Shown: positions 38,674 through 54,281, numbered from the stretch's first letter. The stretch: DNA of 64,000 nucleotides from Octopus vulgaris (GCA_951406725.2 OX597833.1:12710001-12774000), one strand, 5' to 3'. Notes: a model not told the origin generated them from the sequence alone. Program-made: numbers and translations.

Positions 38674-39048
38674 CCTCCTCCTCCTCCCCTCCTCTCCTCC
38701 TTCTTCTTCTCCTCCTTCTTCTTCTCCTCCTTCTTCTTCTCCTCCTTCTTCTTCTCCTCCTTCTTCTTCTCCTCCTTCTCCTTCTCCCCTCCTCCTTCTT
38801 CTCCCCGCCTCCTTCTTCTCCTCCTCCTCCTCCTCCTCCTCCTCCACCCTTCACCCCTCCTCCCCTCATTCTCCCCCTCCTCCCTCCCATCCTCCTTCTG
38901 CTTCTCCTCCTCCTCCTCCTTCCCCTCCTTCCCCTCCTCCTCCTCCTTCCCCTCCTCCTCCTCCTTCCCCTCCTCCTCCTCCTCCCCTTCTTTTCTTCTT
39001 CCCCTCCTCTTCTCCTCCTCCCCTCCTCCCTCTCATCCTCCTCTTCCT
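38674..39048. repeat. (CCT/CTT)n polypyrimidine tract
   Basis: Read directly from the sequence. Confidence 0.95.
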
Positions 39049-39394
39049 AATTTGAATTGTTTCCAAAGGAAACCTAGTCACATCCTTCCTCCCCCCCACC
39101 TTCTCCCCCTCCTTCTCCCTATTGTAAAAAAGTCTTTTTTTACAATCGAACAAATTTATATTATTTATAGTATTTAATCTCAAGGCTCGATAACCTCACT
39201 ACCTCCTCCTGGTAAAAAAAAAGTGTGGAGGGGGTCTCTACATACATACATACATACATACATACATTTCATAAATACGTACACACATACGTTTATCCAT
39301 AAGCATGCATATATAAATACAATGTACATGATAACACTTCCAATCATTTAAGATCAGAAGCCACGGGAGTCACTGCCTGGTACTGCATCAGGGC

Positions 39395-39446
<52 letters not shown>

Positions 39447-40070
39447 GAGTGAGAGAGCAGTGCATGCCATCAAAGTGACACTGGGGTAAAATATACGAAG
39501 CCCAGTATACCCATCATGACTACCCGTCTGATAAGGGTACACCAGGCACATGCATCACAACCATATGTGCGCGACATGGTGATCTCATATCAAGATAAAC
39601 AGCACGTGACCTTGCAGGTGGGGCCCAGTTAGAATTTTCTTCTGGTCGAGTAGCCCATCCCACTCAAAAGGTCCCTGAATAAGGATTGTTCAAGGATGTT
39701 GAATGAACCACCCATGTTTCCAAAGGTGAATTATCCAAACCTCTAAGAATTCCTTTCAACACATGGCTATGATGTTCCCCACTACTTCTGCTCGTGATCA
39801 GAGATGCACATATCGTCAGCCACTAAGGGACATGCTCAACTGGTTATGGTCGAACCATGCAAGCATGAAATAATAATTAAAAAAATTTTTTTTAAAAAGA
39901 AGACAAAAGAACATGTAAAATTATTTTTTAAAAGCAAATCTGTGGTATTGAGCAGAATATTTGCTGTAGCCCATCTTTTATACCAAGACAAAACAATGTA
40001 CATGATAACACTTCCAATCAGTTAAGATCAGAGGCCATGAGAGCTATTGTCTCGTACTGCATCAGGGCAT
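39447..40070 (-). mobile_element. Non-coding element embedded in (TAA)n at both ends
   Basis: Both termini abut TAA arrays, and one end is repeated at 39321-39394, again next to TAA. Confidence 0.55.
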
Positions 40071-40083
40071 TTATTATTATTAA

Positions 40084-40139
<56 letters not shown>

Positions 40140-40740
40140 CAGCGAGCTGGCAGAATCGTTAGCCCTCTGGATACAATGCTTAGCGGTATTTTACTCGTCG
40201 CTACGTTCTGAGTTCAAATTCCGCCGTGATTAATTTTACCTTTCACTCTTTCGGGGGTCGTTAATTTAACTACCAGTAGAACACTCGGGTCGAAGTAATC
40301 AACTAGTCTCCTCACCCAAAATTTCAGCACTCTGCAAACTAGAGATTTTCCACATTTGAACAATGTTTTTGATAATCCACATTTGTCCAATGTTCTTGAT
40401 AATCTGTAACTCCATCGATCTAAACAAGGTACACAAAGAACAAAAGACACTAAACTGAAATTAAATAGACCTCTGGTACATAAATTATGTATTTGGAAAC
40501 AGGCTGAGTTTTACGACAGGCATTGATTACATGTTCTGTTCAACAATATTGATTTAGTCAAAATTATCGATACTCGATAAAGTGTAGACTATTGGACATT
40601 GCTGTCGTGTCTGGAAAATACATGTTTAGTCGGCCAAAATATGTAATCTGACTGTAAAAACAAAGGGTGTCATGCAAAGGTGGGTGAGAAATATGCAGGT
40701 ACTCATATATTAGGTAATAGTGTAGGTATATTATTATTAT

Positions 40741-41391
<651 letters not shown>

Positions 41392-41536
41392 TGGAATATT
41401 TCTGCCTCATGACATCCAATTTATTGCCAAATAGTTTCATGCCAAAACTGGATTGGCAAATTCAGCAATCCTCAGATATAGCTGAGCTTGCCTCTTTATT
41501 TTCGGCATGAAACTATTTGGTAATAAATTGGTTGTT

Positions 41537-41586
<50 letters not shown>

Positions 41587-41639
41587 TTAATCCTTTCTGC
41601 TAAAGGCAAAAGGCCTGAAATTTTGTGGGAGGGGACTAG

Positions 41640-41984
41640 TCGATTACATCGACCCGAGTGTTCTACTGGTAGTTAATTTATCGATCCCGAAAGGATGAAA
41701 GGTAAAATCAACCACGAAATTTGAACTCAGAACGTAACGGCAGACGAAATACCTATTTCTTTATTACCCACAAGGGGCTAAACACAGAGAGGACAAACAA
41801 GGACAGACATAGGCATTAAGTCGATTACATCGACCCCAGTGCGTAACTGGTACTTAATTTATCGACCCCGAAAGGATGAAAGGCAAAGTCGACCTCGGCG
41901 GAATTTGTACTCAGAACGTAACGGCAGACGAAATACCGCTACGCATTTCGCCCGACATGCTAACGTTTCTGCCAGCTCGCCGAC

Positions 41985-41985
<1 letters not shown>
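41640..41985 (-). mobile_element. Family B SINE dimer
   Basis: Same GACGAAATAC|CTATTTC junction. Confidence 0.8.
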
Positions 41986-42044
<59 letters not shown>

Positions 42045-42317
42045 TCTATTGTGTCTATCTAACATCACAGTCGCTTAGCGACCGTTTCCATTCACATATC
42101 TGCCTCTACTTCATACAATGTTATTAGTTGTGGATGATTGCTTACCTACGTATAAATGCAAATGAAACCCTCACAGAACAACGTAGAATTTGACAACAGG
42201 TTAGTGAAATAGCTGCACACTTTGTGATCAACTTTGTTATCAAGGTAACAAGTCTGATTTATTTCGGTGCCCAAGGAAGCACTTTTAGAGATTATATTTC
42301 AAGCTGTTTATGCTGTG

Positions 42318-42708
42318 CTAGCAGTATCACCCGGCGTTGCTCGGGTTAGTAAGGGAAATAACTATATAAGCATTTTTAGAGATGTAAAGTATAATAGCCA
42401 TCTCAATATGGCTAACCACAAAGAGGGTGGTGTTACTGTAGCTTTTTACGTTCTGAGATTTAATAAATTTTCAGAGAGTTACTTCCCTTATATATGCCAA
42501 AAATGCATTAAAAATGTGAAAAATTGATGGTAAATTTTTTTTAAAATCGTAGACTCATCGTAGACGCGCGCTAATACCCAGAAGGGCTCGATATGAATCA
42601 CGACTATAAGATACCCGGTTTTGGTTAAACTGCACCGCAAAATGTGGGAGTAGTTAGGAATCTAAATCGTAGGAGACAGACACACAACTTCACTTTTATA
42701 TATAAAGA
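42318..42708 (-). mobile_element. Non-autonomous Helitron (same family as 25348)
   Basis: Shared termini and hairpin. The empty A|T site is visible in the duplicated segment at 45296/45297. Confidence 0.88.
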
Positions 42709-42994
42709 TTTCCTGATCCGAATGGCATATCCTTTCCAGATTTTTGACAGCATTTAAACAATTTTGATTGTACTGGGCACGGGTGTAAACATTTAATGCC
42801 AGAAATGGTATCTTTATTCGACGGATGGGTCATAAATGTCGGTCTGCACTTACGACATCGTCGATAACCTCGTTTCTGTATCCACAAATATTTATCGATT
42901 TACAGAAAATGGTGACAGATGTAACATTAGATGTCCACTGACAGCAGGGTTCATGAATGACCAATTGTTAAGTTACAGAGTGTTCTATTACATA

Positions 42995-43386
42995 CTAGCT
43001 GTATGACCCGGCGTTGCTCGGGTTTGTTTCGACCCTTTAGAATTGAAATTTTCGAAAAGTAAAAATTTTTCATTATGTAGCTTGTTATTCTCTTTAAGTG
43101 AACAATTTTCTGGTTGAAATACACCGAAAAATGGCGATACAGCAGTCAAAATATCGTAAAAAATAAGGATTTTCATAGTGAAAAAGCACCGTTTTGATGT
43201 AAATAATTTTTAGTCTTAACGTGGTCTGATTTGAATTTTATCTTCTACGGAAGGAAGAGCAAGCCTTCTTCTTTCATACTCTCAATTTTGGTCAACTTGC
43301 GCCGCAGGGTCTCGGAGGAGATAGTGTTAGTTGAAGGCTACCAAACCTGCCATACGCAGACAACTTCAGCTTTATATATATAGAGA
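42995..43386 (-). mobile_element. Non-autonomous Helitron (different internal sequence)
   Basis: TC...CTAG termini at an A|T site and the same 3' hairpin. Confidence 0.8.
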
Positions 43387-43958
43387 TTTTGGATATATTA
43401 TAAACAGGAACATGCACCTTCCGACATTTGTTAAATCTAAGTCATATAACATTACTGAGGTCGACCATTGACGTCTACAAAGACATTGTATTTCCAGTAG
43501 TGATGCATATATGACAGAGGGCTGACATGATACAAGAAGCAAATACGGATTCTTCTCAGCTTCAACGTATTACTTGCCTATCATCTATGAGCCTTTCTAA
43601 ACAGTGACTTTTGGAATCAGTTATGTTTGATTGAGTTGTAGAGCTTGCAGATAAAAATAGACACCAGATATCAGTAAAATCAACTCATGCGTTTCATACA
43701 ATCCGCTTGCAAAAATCCAGGCCTCGAATTGCTTAATATAAACCTTGATGTATTCCAGCTAGGAATAGTCACACCAATGCCAGTTTAGGTCTTCACACAT
43801 CTACTGATGGCGATTCTTGGACACATCATCAGTGTCCTAATGTTACTGGGTGTTTAGGCTCTTGCAACATATAACTTCACCTAAGCGACCTCACTGGAGT
43901 TATCAAGCCTCAACCTGTGACCAGGTGACATTTTACTAGGTTTACAATTATAACAAAA

Positions 43959-44385
43959 CTAGCAGCATAGCCCGGCGTTGCCCGGGTATGTAAGAGCCCC
44001 TTGTAGGCAACGACTAATCCCAATCTAGTCCTTTCCCTCTAGGGAACGAAGGCGCATGTGTAGGTTGCAATGTTTTCTCTTCACTCGAATACTTCTGTGT
44101 ATACGATGTTCCTAGCTGTCCCTTTAGGCGATAAAAAGGTAGACAGAAAATGTGTTGAATATAAAAAGCTTAGATTCTCGACCCCATGTCGAATTTATCG
44201 ATTTTTTTTTCAGAACTGGGGGAACTTTTCAAAATTTTCGCTGCGTTAGTTTTGAATTATGACATTGGGCTATGTGTGTATCAAGTTTCATCAGAATCGG
44301 TTGAAAGCTGTGGTCAGGGTGAGGGTACAACCTGACAGACACACAGACACACAGACAGACAAACTGCCATTTATATATAGAGAGA
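43959..44385 (-). mobile_element. Non-autonomous Helitron (third internal type)
   Basis: TC...CTAG termini at an A|T site and hairpin CCCGGGCAACGCCGGG. Confidence 0.8.
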
Positions 44386-45604
44386 TAATTTGACTAAAAA
44401 TGTGAATTTTTAATTATTTTCTGAGATTTTACAAAAACAACAAAAATATTATTTGCTAGGTTCCAAGGACTTTTTTTAAAAAAAGAAATGAAATGCGAAT
44501 ACTTAACTGTCCCCTTCCAGTGGTATACACTTGGTCCTCCACTCGTTTCTGAAATATCCCTCCGCCAATTGCACATACTTGCCCCTCTTACTCATGCACT
44601 TCTTTTAATATTTCACTGGGGAAATTGAACTCCGTATCAAGTCTCTGTCTAGATTAGAATTACTTCACTCAGATTCACAGTTTAGAACCACAGCCTGGTT
44701 ATATTGCCAAGGTATAGATATCTCCATGAACTTAAATATTTCGCAGTAAAAGGCATGAATGCCAATGAACATGCTTTTCAGCCAATCAGTATCGGCTGGT
44801 ATGTCGCAAGTTAAGGCGATAGATTTAAAGAAAGTTATGTGAAATTCCTTCCAAATTATATTTCCAATGTTTCTAGAAGTTTTATCTTAGGTTATAAAAA
44901 GCTGCAATATTAAACCCTTGATTCATTGTAAATGCTACACGGAACGATGTTGCTTTGTTCTAACGAACATAGTTTCACTTTCTTTTACTTGGTTTTGCAT
45001 AACACTTTGTACGCAATGTTCGCGAAGTATATTTAACCTTGTGCCGTAATGCTGACTTGCATGCATACATACATTCATCCACACATACATATAACATGCA
45101 TCCATATGTACGTACATACGAATACCTTTCCATATAATTATCTATCTTATTCTCTTTATAATGATATGTATATCACATAACGATGTTAACTAAAACATTA
45201 TTTCTAGTTTACGCATTGTAAAACTTCAAATATAACATTCTTTCGGTGCCCAAGGAAGCGCTTTTAGATATTATATTTCAAACTGTTTATACTGTATTTC
45301 CTGATTCTAATGGCATATCCTTTCCCAATTTTTGACAGCATTAAAAAAATTTTGATTGCACTGGGCACGGGTGTAAACATTTAATTCCAGACGGATGGGT
45401 CATAAATGTCGGTCTGCACTTACGACATCGTCGATAACCTCGTTTCTGTATCCACGAATATCTATCAACTTACAGAAAACGGTGACAGATGTAACATTAG
45501 AAGTCCACCGGCAGGGTTCATGAATGACCAATTGTTAAGTTACAGAGTGTTCTATTACATACTAGCAGTATCGCCCGGCGATAATCTTGCAAAACAAATA
45601 TATA

Positions 45605-45960
45605 GGCGCAGGAGTGGCTGTGTGGTAAGTAGCTTGCTAACCAACCGCATGGTTCCGGGTTCAGTCCCACTGCGTGGCATCTTGGGCAAGTGTCTTCTAC
45701 TATAGCCTCGGGCCGACCAAAGACTTGTGAGTGGATTTGGTAGACGGAAACTGAAAGAAGCCCGTCGTATATATGTATATATATATATACATATATGCGT
45801 GTGTGTGTTTGTGTGTCTGTGTTTGTCCCCCTAGCATTGCAAAACAGACCGATAGAATAAGTACTGGGCTTACAAAAAAGAATAAGTCCCGGGGTCGAGA
45901 TGCTCGATTAAAGGCGGTGCTCCAGCATGGCCGCAGTCAAATGACTGAAACAAGTAAAAA
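45605..45960 (+). mobile_element. Family A SINE (internal deletion)
   Basis: Alignment to other copies. Confidence 0.85.
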
Positions 45961-46093
45961 AAAAAAACGTAAATTCTTATAATCAATTTACTTGTATATA
46001 TATATATGCAAAATATAACAGTTCGAAATAAATTTTTGGAAACAAATACCATTTATTGTTGGGTTATTCATGTCTAAGAACGCGGCCTCTTAC

Positions 46094-46403
46094 CTTTATT
46101 TCTTCTTCCTACTTTTTACCTTCGACTTAATTATCACGACCAACCCAACAACTCCAACAAAACAAGCTGTTTCGCCGCTTCGGAAAACAAGATGATGTCT
46201 TTTCCCCAGAGAAGACAAGTTGATGAACATTTCCGCTGCTTCTCTCATCACACAATTACGTGACTTGGAAAACAAACTATTAGAGCAGTTCTTAGGCATT
46301 TTCTTCATCTGGACATAGGAGTTGCTCTGCTTTGATCTATTCAGATACCTTTGAGTAACCATCTAGCAACATGCTCATGATGACGACAGCGGGAAAATAT
46401 TAG
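46094..46403 (-). other. Candidate 310-nt exon of an unidentified transcript or pseudogene
   Basis: Branch point + pyrimidine tract + AG (tttactgacatttctcttgtcttag|) and donor AAG|GTAAGA around unique sequence. Confidence 0.45.
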
Positions 46404-46474
46404 CTAAGACAAGAGAAATGTCAGTAAAAATCTTATTTTTGGGTTTAAAGTTCTATTACCACAGCTACTCCTAC

Positions 46475-46675
46475 CGCCACCACCACCACAACCGCCACCA
46501 CCACCACCACCACCACCACCACCACTGCTACCACCGCTACCACCGCTACCACCGCACCACCGCCGCCACCACCGCCGCCGCCACCACCACCACCACCACC
46601 ACCACCACCACCACCACCACCGGCGCCGCCACCACCACCACCGCCGCCGCCGCCGCCACCACCACCACCACCGCT

Positions 46676-46708
<33 letters not shown>

Positions 46709-46806
46709 ACCACCACCACCACCACCACCACCACCACCACCACCACTACCGCCACCGCCGCCGCCGCCACCACCACCACCACCACCACGCCCCCCACCAC
46801 CACCAA
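46475..46806. repeat. (CAC/CGC)n triplet repeat
   Basis: Read directly from the sequence. Confidence 0.95.
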
Positions 46807-47298
46807 CAACGGCAACGATAATAAAGGAGATGATAATGGTGATGATGATAAGGGAAATGTAAAAATCGCAGGGATATGTTTACAACATTTCTAAAAATAG
46901 CCCAACATTTACTCCTTTGGCCAGGGTAAATATGCAGGTCCCTTGACATGTTCAACAAACCGTGACGCCTAAACCAAACACTAATCGACTTAAGTAATTT
47001 ATTGGTCTGAATACAGTTTGCAAAAATTAACATTCTGCAGCCTACACAAATGTATTTAAGGCACACATTTTAGCCATCTCATTACAGTTGTAAATTGTAA
47101 AGCATAACTACCAGGACTACTACATCAACCTGAAGATTGCAGAGTGTAATGCATGAAAGTACTAGTTCAATCAGAATGGACATTTAATATTGTATCATTA
47201 TATTTATTATATTATATTATTATAAGATTGAACATCAAAGTTGGAATTTCTTTGAGTAATATATTCTATACAAAATCATACACACCCGTGTGCGTGTA

Positions 47299-47475
<177 letters not shown>

Positions 47476-47711
47476 ATAAGGGTAATATTCCTAACGTTGT
47501 ATATGTCTCGTTTCTCTGTTTTTTTCATTTTTTGAAAAAAAAGTTCGTTTCTATGTTTTTGTTTTTATGTTTTCGTTTCTCATTGCGTTCAACGTTTTTT
47601 GATGTCCTGTACCCATATATGCATGTATATATACATATACATGTAGGTATGTACATGTATGTATGTATATATGCATATATTTATATATTATTATTATTAT
47701 TATTATTATTA

Positions 47712-47824
<113 letters not shown>

Positions 47825-49224
47825 GTCTGTATGTACGTATATAAAAATGTACATATATGTATATAAACAATCAAATAAATAAAGATGTCGGTACTAAATT
47901 TTTTAATCAGCAACGATCGTATCACTAATCAGAAGAATTTTTCTTTTACATCAATCAACATGATGGGTTGTACATACAAAGATTACGTAATGCCAGAGAA
48001 TATTAAATGAAAGTTCTATTAATCATTTCTTCAGACAAGTTGCAATGATAATACCGAACCAGATATTAGTTTTCATATCAAAATTTAGTCTATTAAATCT
48101 TTAAATAAATTCGAGTGATGTTTCTCTATCCGTTACGTTTTTATGGTCGTTAATTCCTCCTAGACCCGTTGGTGCAAGGACAATAGAACTCATACCAGCA
48201 ACTCCCCGAATCTCAGGAAATGTCCTAAAGGGGTCTGTTTTTTTAAGGGCCGCCGAATTAGGGATCCACCGAACCTCCTATTTTTATTGCATTTTAAACC
48301 AAAAACATGGCATTGGTGACCATATCAGAGGAATGACAATGAATTTCATACCATGAACTCCCAGGGAGTATTGTAAGGAGGCTCAATTTCTGAAGGGCCG
48401 CTTAAATGGGTCCCGACTTCCTCCTCCCCTATTTTTAATGCATTTAGCTCCCTCCTACGCTTATTGATTAAGCTATGATCAGCATCAGATTCCGCCGAGG
48501 TCGGCTTTGCCTTTCATCATTTCGGGGTGGATTAAATAAGTACCAGTGTCTGTCCTTGTTTGTCCCTCTATGTTTAACCCCCTGTGGACAGTAAGGAAAT
48601 ATATGATCAGCATCAGGGCTTAGCACATTTGAAGAAATAATTTTGGGCATTCTAAATACCTTGACGGACATTCAAATCGAGATAGAGAGTTATAACAGGT
48701 ACGTTTCAGGTGTGGTAGTGTAGATATTTATATTTTGTAGTTTATGAAACCTATGTCTTGGTGGAAAACTAATCTTCTTGTTCCGGATACAATATCTCCC
48801 CAAAGATTTCTAATAGAAGATGCAATGAGATTGAGATGAAATGGATCCTCTCATTTTCATATTTTCTCGGAAATGGTGAAGTGTTGGAAAAATTATGATT
48901 GCTAAGATCGTCATATATTTCACTTGCTTAGGACGAATGGAGGTTCGAGTCCAAAAATATGAAGTGAATTAATTACTATAGTGAGTTTGGAAACATATAA
49001 TTCCATGAAAGTATCGCAAAGTTTCATCGTGAGAATAAAATGGGGGTGAAAAAAAAGAAACCCCAAAAACAGTAACATGGAAAATGGATCCCGATGGCCT
49101 CAAAAGTGCCCTCCGCAGGAGCTAGCTTGAATGCTGCCGGAAGGGCAGCTTTAAGGCTAGTAAAATTTAAAAAAAAGGAAGAGTATACAAGACAAAGTAT
49201 TAAAACAAAAGTAGTAGGTCGTCA

Positions 49225-50109
49225 TATGTATGTGTGTATGTATGTATGTATGTATGTATGTATGTATGTATGTATGTATATATGAATGCATGTATGTATG
49301 TATATATGAATGTATGTATGTATGTATATATGAATGTATGTATATATGTATATATGAATGTATGTATGTATGTATGTATGTATGTATGTATGTATGTATG
49401 TATGTATGTATGTATGTATGTATGAATGTATGTATGTATGTATATATGAATGTATGTATGTATGTATGTATGTATGTATGTATGTATGTATGTATGAATG
49501 TATGTATGTATATATGAATGTATGTATGTATATATGAATGTATGTATGTATGTATGTATGTATGTATGTATGTATGTATGTATGTATGAATGTATGTATG
49601 TATATATGAATGTATGTATGTATGTATGTATGTATGTATGTATGTATGTATATATGAATGTATGTATGTATGTATGTATGTATGTATGTATGTATGTATG
49701 TATGTATGTATGTATGTATGTATGTATATATGAATGTATGTATGTATGTATGTATGTATGTATGTATGTATGTATGTATGTATGTATGAATGTATGTATG
49801 TATATATGAATGTATGTATGTATGTATGTATGTATGTATGTATGTATGTATGTATGTATGTATGTATGTATGTATGAATGTATGTATGTATATATGAATG
49901 TATGTATGTATGTATGTATGTATGTATGTATGAATGTATGTATGTATATATGAATGTATGTATGTATGTATGTATATATGAATGCATGTATGTATGTATG
50001 TATGTATGACTGTATGTATGTATGTATGTATGTACGTATGTATGTATGTATGTATGTATGTATGTATGTATGTATGTATGTTTGTATATATGTATGTATG
50101 TCTCCATCC

Positions 50110-50181
<72 letters not shown>
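49225..50181. repeat. (TATG)n array with recurring TATATGAA variants, followed by (TATC)n
   Basis: Read directly from the sequence; explains the YIHT/MYVC ORFs. Confidence 0.95.
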
Positions 50182-50182
<1 letters not shown>

Positions 50183-50815
50183 ATATTAAATTCCCGTTGG
50201 ACATTACCGTCTCGACTCCTGAGACTCGTGATGCCGCTTGAGAGAGAGAGAGAGATCTTGAAACACAACAGAGAGCTTGAAGGAAAAACAAAAAAGGAGA
50301 GAGAAAGAACAAAAGGTGGTAGTGGGAAGAGGTGGAACGAAAAGTAATAAAGAAGAAACCCAATAGATACGCATCAATAGCCATGTCTATATTACTCAAC
50401 CTTGGTGCGATGGCGTTAATTTTGACCAAAGCGTGCAACGTCTGAAATCAAAAAGCCGTCATTTTGAAATCAAACTTACATAATATTGGACAGATTAAAT
50501 TATTCCTCCTACGCGCGGAGTGTTTCATTGATATTTCATTTTTCATTCTACACCACGGATACCATTTATCAATTTGATAGCGATCTAGAAAATTCTATGG
50601 TCTGTTTCGTTCGTCACTTTCTTGCTTTTTCTAATCCACACTCCTCCCTTCGTTCTCTCTCTCTTGCTCTCTCTCTCTCTCTCTCTCTCTCTGTTTGTCT
50701 CTCTGTCTAACTCTCGCTCTATATACACAAACATATACATAAAACACAAAAAAACATGCATACACAAACGCACACATACATACAGACACAGACACAAACA
50801 CACACACACACACAC

Positions 50816-50905
<90 letters not shown>

Positions 50906-51043
50906 ATATATATATATTTGTATATACATACACACACACATTATTACATCATCAAACAACATATTACTGGTTATAACATATAACTGTGTGTGTGTGTTCG
51001 TTGTCAGTCTGTCTGTCTGTCTTTCTGTCTTTCTGTCTTTCTG

Positions 51044-51097
<54 letters not shown>

Positions 51098-51107
51098 CGT
51101 CTGTCTG

Positions 51108-51165
<58 letters not shown>

Positions 51166-51358
51166 CCTCCCTCCCTCCCTCCCTCCATCCATCCCTCCCT
51201 CCATCCATCCATCCATCCATCCATCCATCTAAAAAAATTCATAAAATATAAAATACTCGAACGTAGCCGAGTCGTTAATATAACATACTTGAAAGGAAAA
51301 ACTGTTCGATTGAAATATACAAGCACACAAAAAACATACATGCATATGTATCTACGCT

Positions 51359-51417
<59 letters not shown>

Positions 51418-52001
51418 TAACACAAACACGCACACATCTTTATATATATCTCTCTCTTTTCCCTTCTTCTCCTCTTCACTGTTTTCTATCTGTCGCTCTC
51501 TCCCCCCTCTTTCTCCTTTTCTCGCTCTCGTTGCTCACACGTGACCATCGTCCGTCTTTCTTTTCCTCACGTAACCATTTTTCTTCTTTTCAGGACTGTC
51601 CTAAGGACCGGACGTATCCTATCTCTCTCTTCTATCTTTTCTTTTGTCAAAGAAAATATTTCTCCAGCGTTCGCTACTTTACCCTCGTTCTGGTTTAACG
51701 ACCCTCCATGTTTGTTTTCGTTCGGTTTCCTTGTATGTCTCCACTGCCCTGTTTTTGTCTCCAACTTTGACCCTCCATAAATCCCAAATTTTATTTTAGC
51801 AACTGTCTTCGAAGACTAATATTGTTGTTCAATGCTCGAAATGAGGAGTAGATAGACAGCCCGACAACTGATGAAGAGTCGTTCTTTATGTTTTCCATTT
51901 GTTTCTCTCGTTGTTTGAGTATTGAACTCACTCATTTATTTTCGTATTTCATGTTGTTTACTGTTGGTGATGTCCTGTACCCACATATGCATATATATAT
52001 G

Positions 52002-52065
<64 letters not shown>

Positions 52066-52090
52066 CTATATTGTATATATTATATATATT

Positions 52091-52128
<38 letters not shown>

Positions 52129-52129
<1 letters not shown>

Positions 52130-52425
52130 TAGCAGTATCGCCCGGCGTTGCTCGGGTTTGTAAGGGAAATAACTATATAAGCATTTTTAGAGATGTAAAG
52201 TATAATAGCCATCTCAATATGGCTAACCACAAACGGGGGTGTTACTGTAGCTTTTTACGTTCTGAGATTTAATAATACATTTTTAGAGAGTTACTTCCCT
52301 TATATAAACCGGGCGAAAATGCATTAAAAATGCTGAAAAATTATGGTAAATTTTTTTTTAAAACGTAGACTCATCGTAGACGACAACTATAAGATACCCG
52401 CTTTTGGTTACACTGCACCGCAAAT
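52129..52425 (-). mobile_element. Truncated Helitron copy
   Basis: Near-identical to 42318-42640, with internal deletions. Confidence 0.8.
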
Positions 52426-52701
52426 ATAGATATGTATATATCTTATTTATATATATATGTATGTATATATGCCCATATATAAATATACATGCACAAACAA
52501 AACCTAAAACTATATATTCACCAATGTTTATATAGTGTATCATTTAATTTATGGTGTATTAAAAAAGGAATTACAGAAAGCACAATATTAAATAGAGTCA
52601 AGCAGTCAACATATGCACATGTATATTTTTGTGTATGTATATGTTTGTGTGCATGTGCATGTGCGTGTGTGAATGTATGCATTTATAAACATACATCCTA
52701 A

Positions 52702-53016
52702 AGACTCCGCCGGTTACGACGACGAGGGTTCCAGCTGATACGATCAACGGAACAGCTTGCTCGTGAAATTAACGTGCAAAAATGGCTGAGCATTCCACAG
52801 ACACGTGTACCCTTAACGTAGTTCTCGGGGATAATCAGCGTGACACAGAGAGTGACAAGGCTGACCCTTTGAAATACAAGTACAACTCATTTTTGCCAGC
52901 TGAGTGGACTGGAGCAACGTGAAATAAAGTGTCTTGCTCAAGGACACAACGCGTCGCCGGGAATCGAACTCACAACCTTACGATCATGAGCCGAATGCCC
53001 TAACCACTAAGCCATG
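52702..53016 (-). mobile_element. tRNA-derived SINE with GTGTCCTTGAGCAAGACAC core, tail as 3424
   Basis: A and B boxes present; tail alignable to 3620-3800. A split copy lies at 23730-23777 + 24930-25192. Confidence 0.8.
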
Positions 53017-53093
53017 TAACATACATACACAAACACTCGCTCACACACGCACACAAACACACACACAAACACACACACACATTTATGTATGTA

Positions 53094-53253
53094 CGTAGGA
53101 GTGGCTGTGTGGTAAGTAGCTTGCTAACCAACCACATGGTTCCGGGTTCAGTCCCACTGCGTGGCATCTTGGGCAAGTGTCTTCTGCTATAGCCCCGGGC
53201 CGACCAAAGCCTTGTGAGTGGATTTGGTAGACGGAAACTGAAAGAAGCCTGTC

Positions 53254-53287
<34 letters not shown>

Positions 53288-53533
53288 GACAGGCTTCTTT
53301 CATTATATATATATGTTTGTGTGTGTATATGTTTGTGTGTCTGTGTTTGTCCCTCTAGCATTGCTTGACAACCGATGCTGGTGTGTTTACGTCCCCGTCA
53401 CTTAGCGGTTCGGCAAAAAAGACCGATAGAATAAGTACTGGGCTTACAAAGAATAAGTCCTGGGGTCGATTTGCTCGACTAAAGGCGGTGCTCCAGCATG
53501 GCCGCAGTCAAATGACTGAAACAAGTAAAGAGT
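53094..53533 (+). mobile_element. Family A SINE
   Basis: Full-length alignment, with a short inverted internal duplication at about 53235-53302. Confidence 0.85.
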
Positions 53534-53578
53534 ATATACCCTTGCGTATATATGTTGTTTTTATATATGTCCAAACAT

Positions 53579-53623
<45 letters not shown>

Positions 53624-53844
53624 TTGGTTAATCTTTATTGCATTCAGTCATATACCTACAACAATTTCATTTAGACTTACCTATTTTAAATTAGGTATTA
53701 TTTAAAAATATATCAAATATATTAAAATATATGAAAAAGAAAATGTTTAATATACAATATTGAATTATTGATCTGAAGCGACACTTATATACATATACGT
53801 ATGCCTGTCTGTCTGCCTGTCTGTATGTATGTATGTCTATCTAA

Positions 53845-53944
<100 letters not shown>

Positions 53945-54030
53945 ACGTATGCATGTATGTATACATGCGCAAGTAAATATGTATATATATATTTATGTGT
54001 ATGTATGTAACTATATGTAACTATATATAT

Positions 54031-54063
<33 letters not shown>

Positions 54064-54074
54064 CACATATATAC

Positions 54075-54135
<61 letters not shown>

Positions 54136-54144
54136 TACATATAT

Positions 54145-54223
<79 letters not shown>

Positions 54224-54281
54224 CACATACACTGATATGGTCACTCTTTAGCTTTTGCATCTTCCGGATCTTAATCGCACT

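Noticed and set aside
38582-39183. Pro/Ser-rich and Arg/Gly-rich ORFs
   Set aside because: These come from the (CCT/CTT)n repeat.
46418-46894. His/Thr/Ala-rich 158-aa ORF
   Set aside because: This comes from the CAC/CGC triplet repeat.
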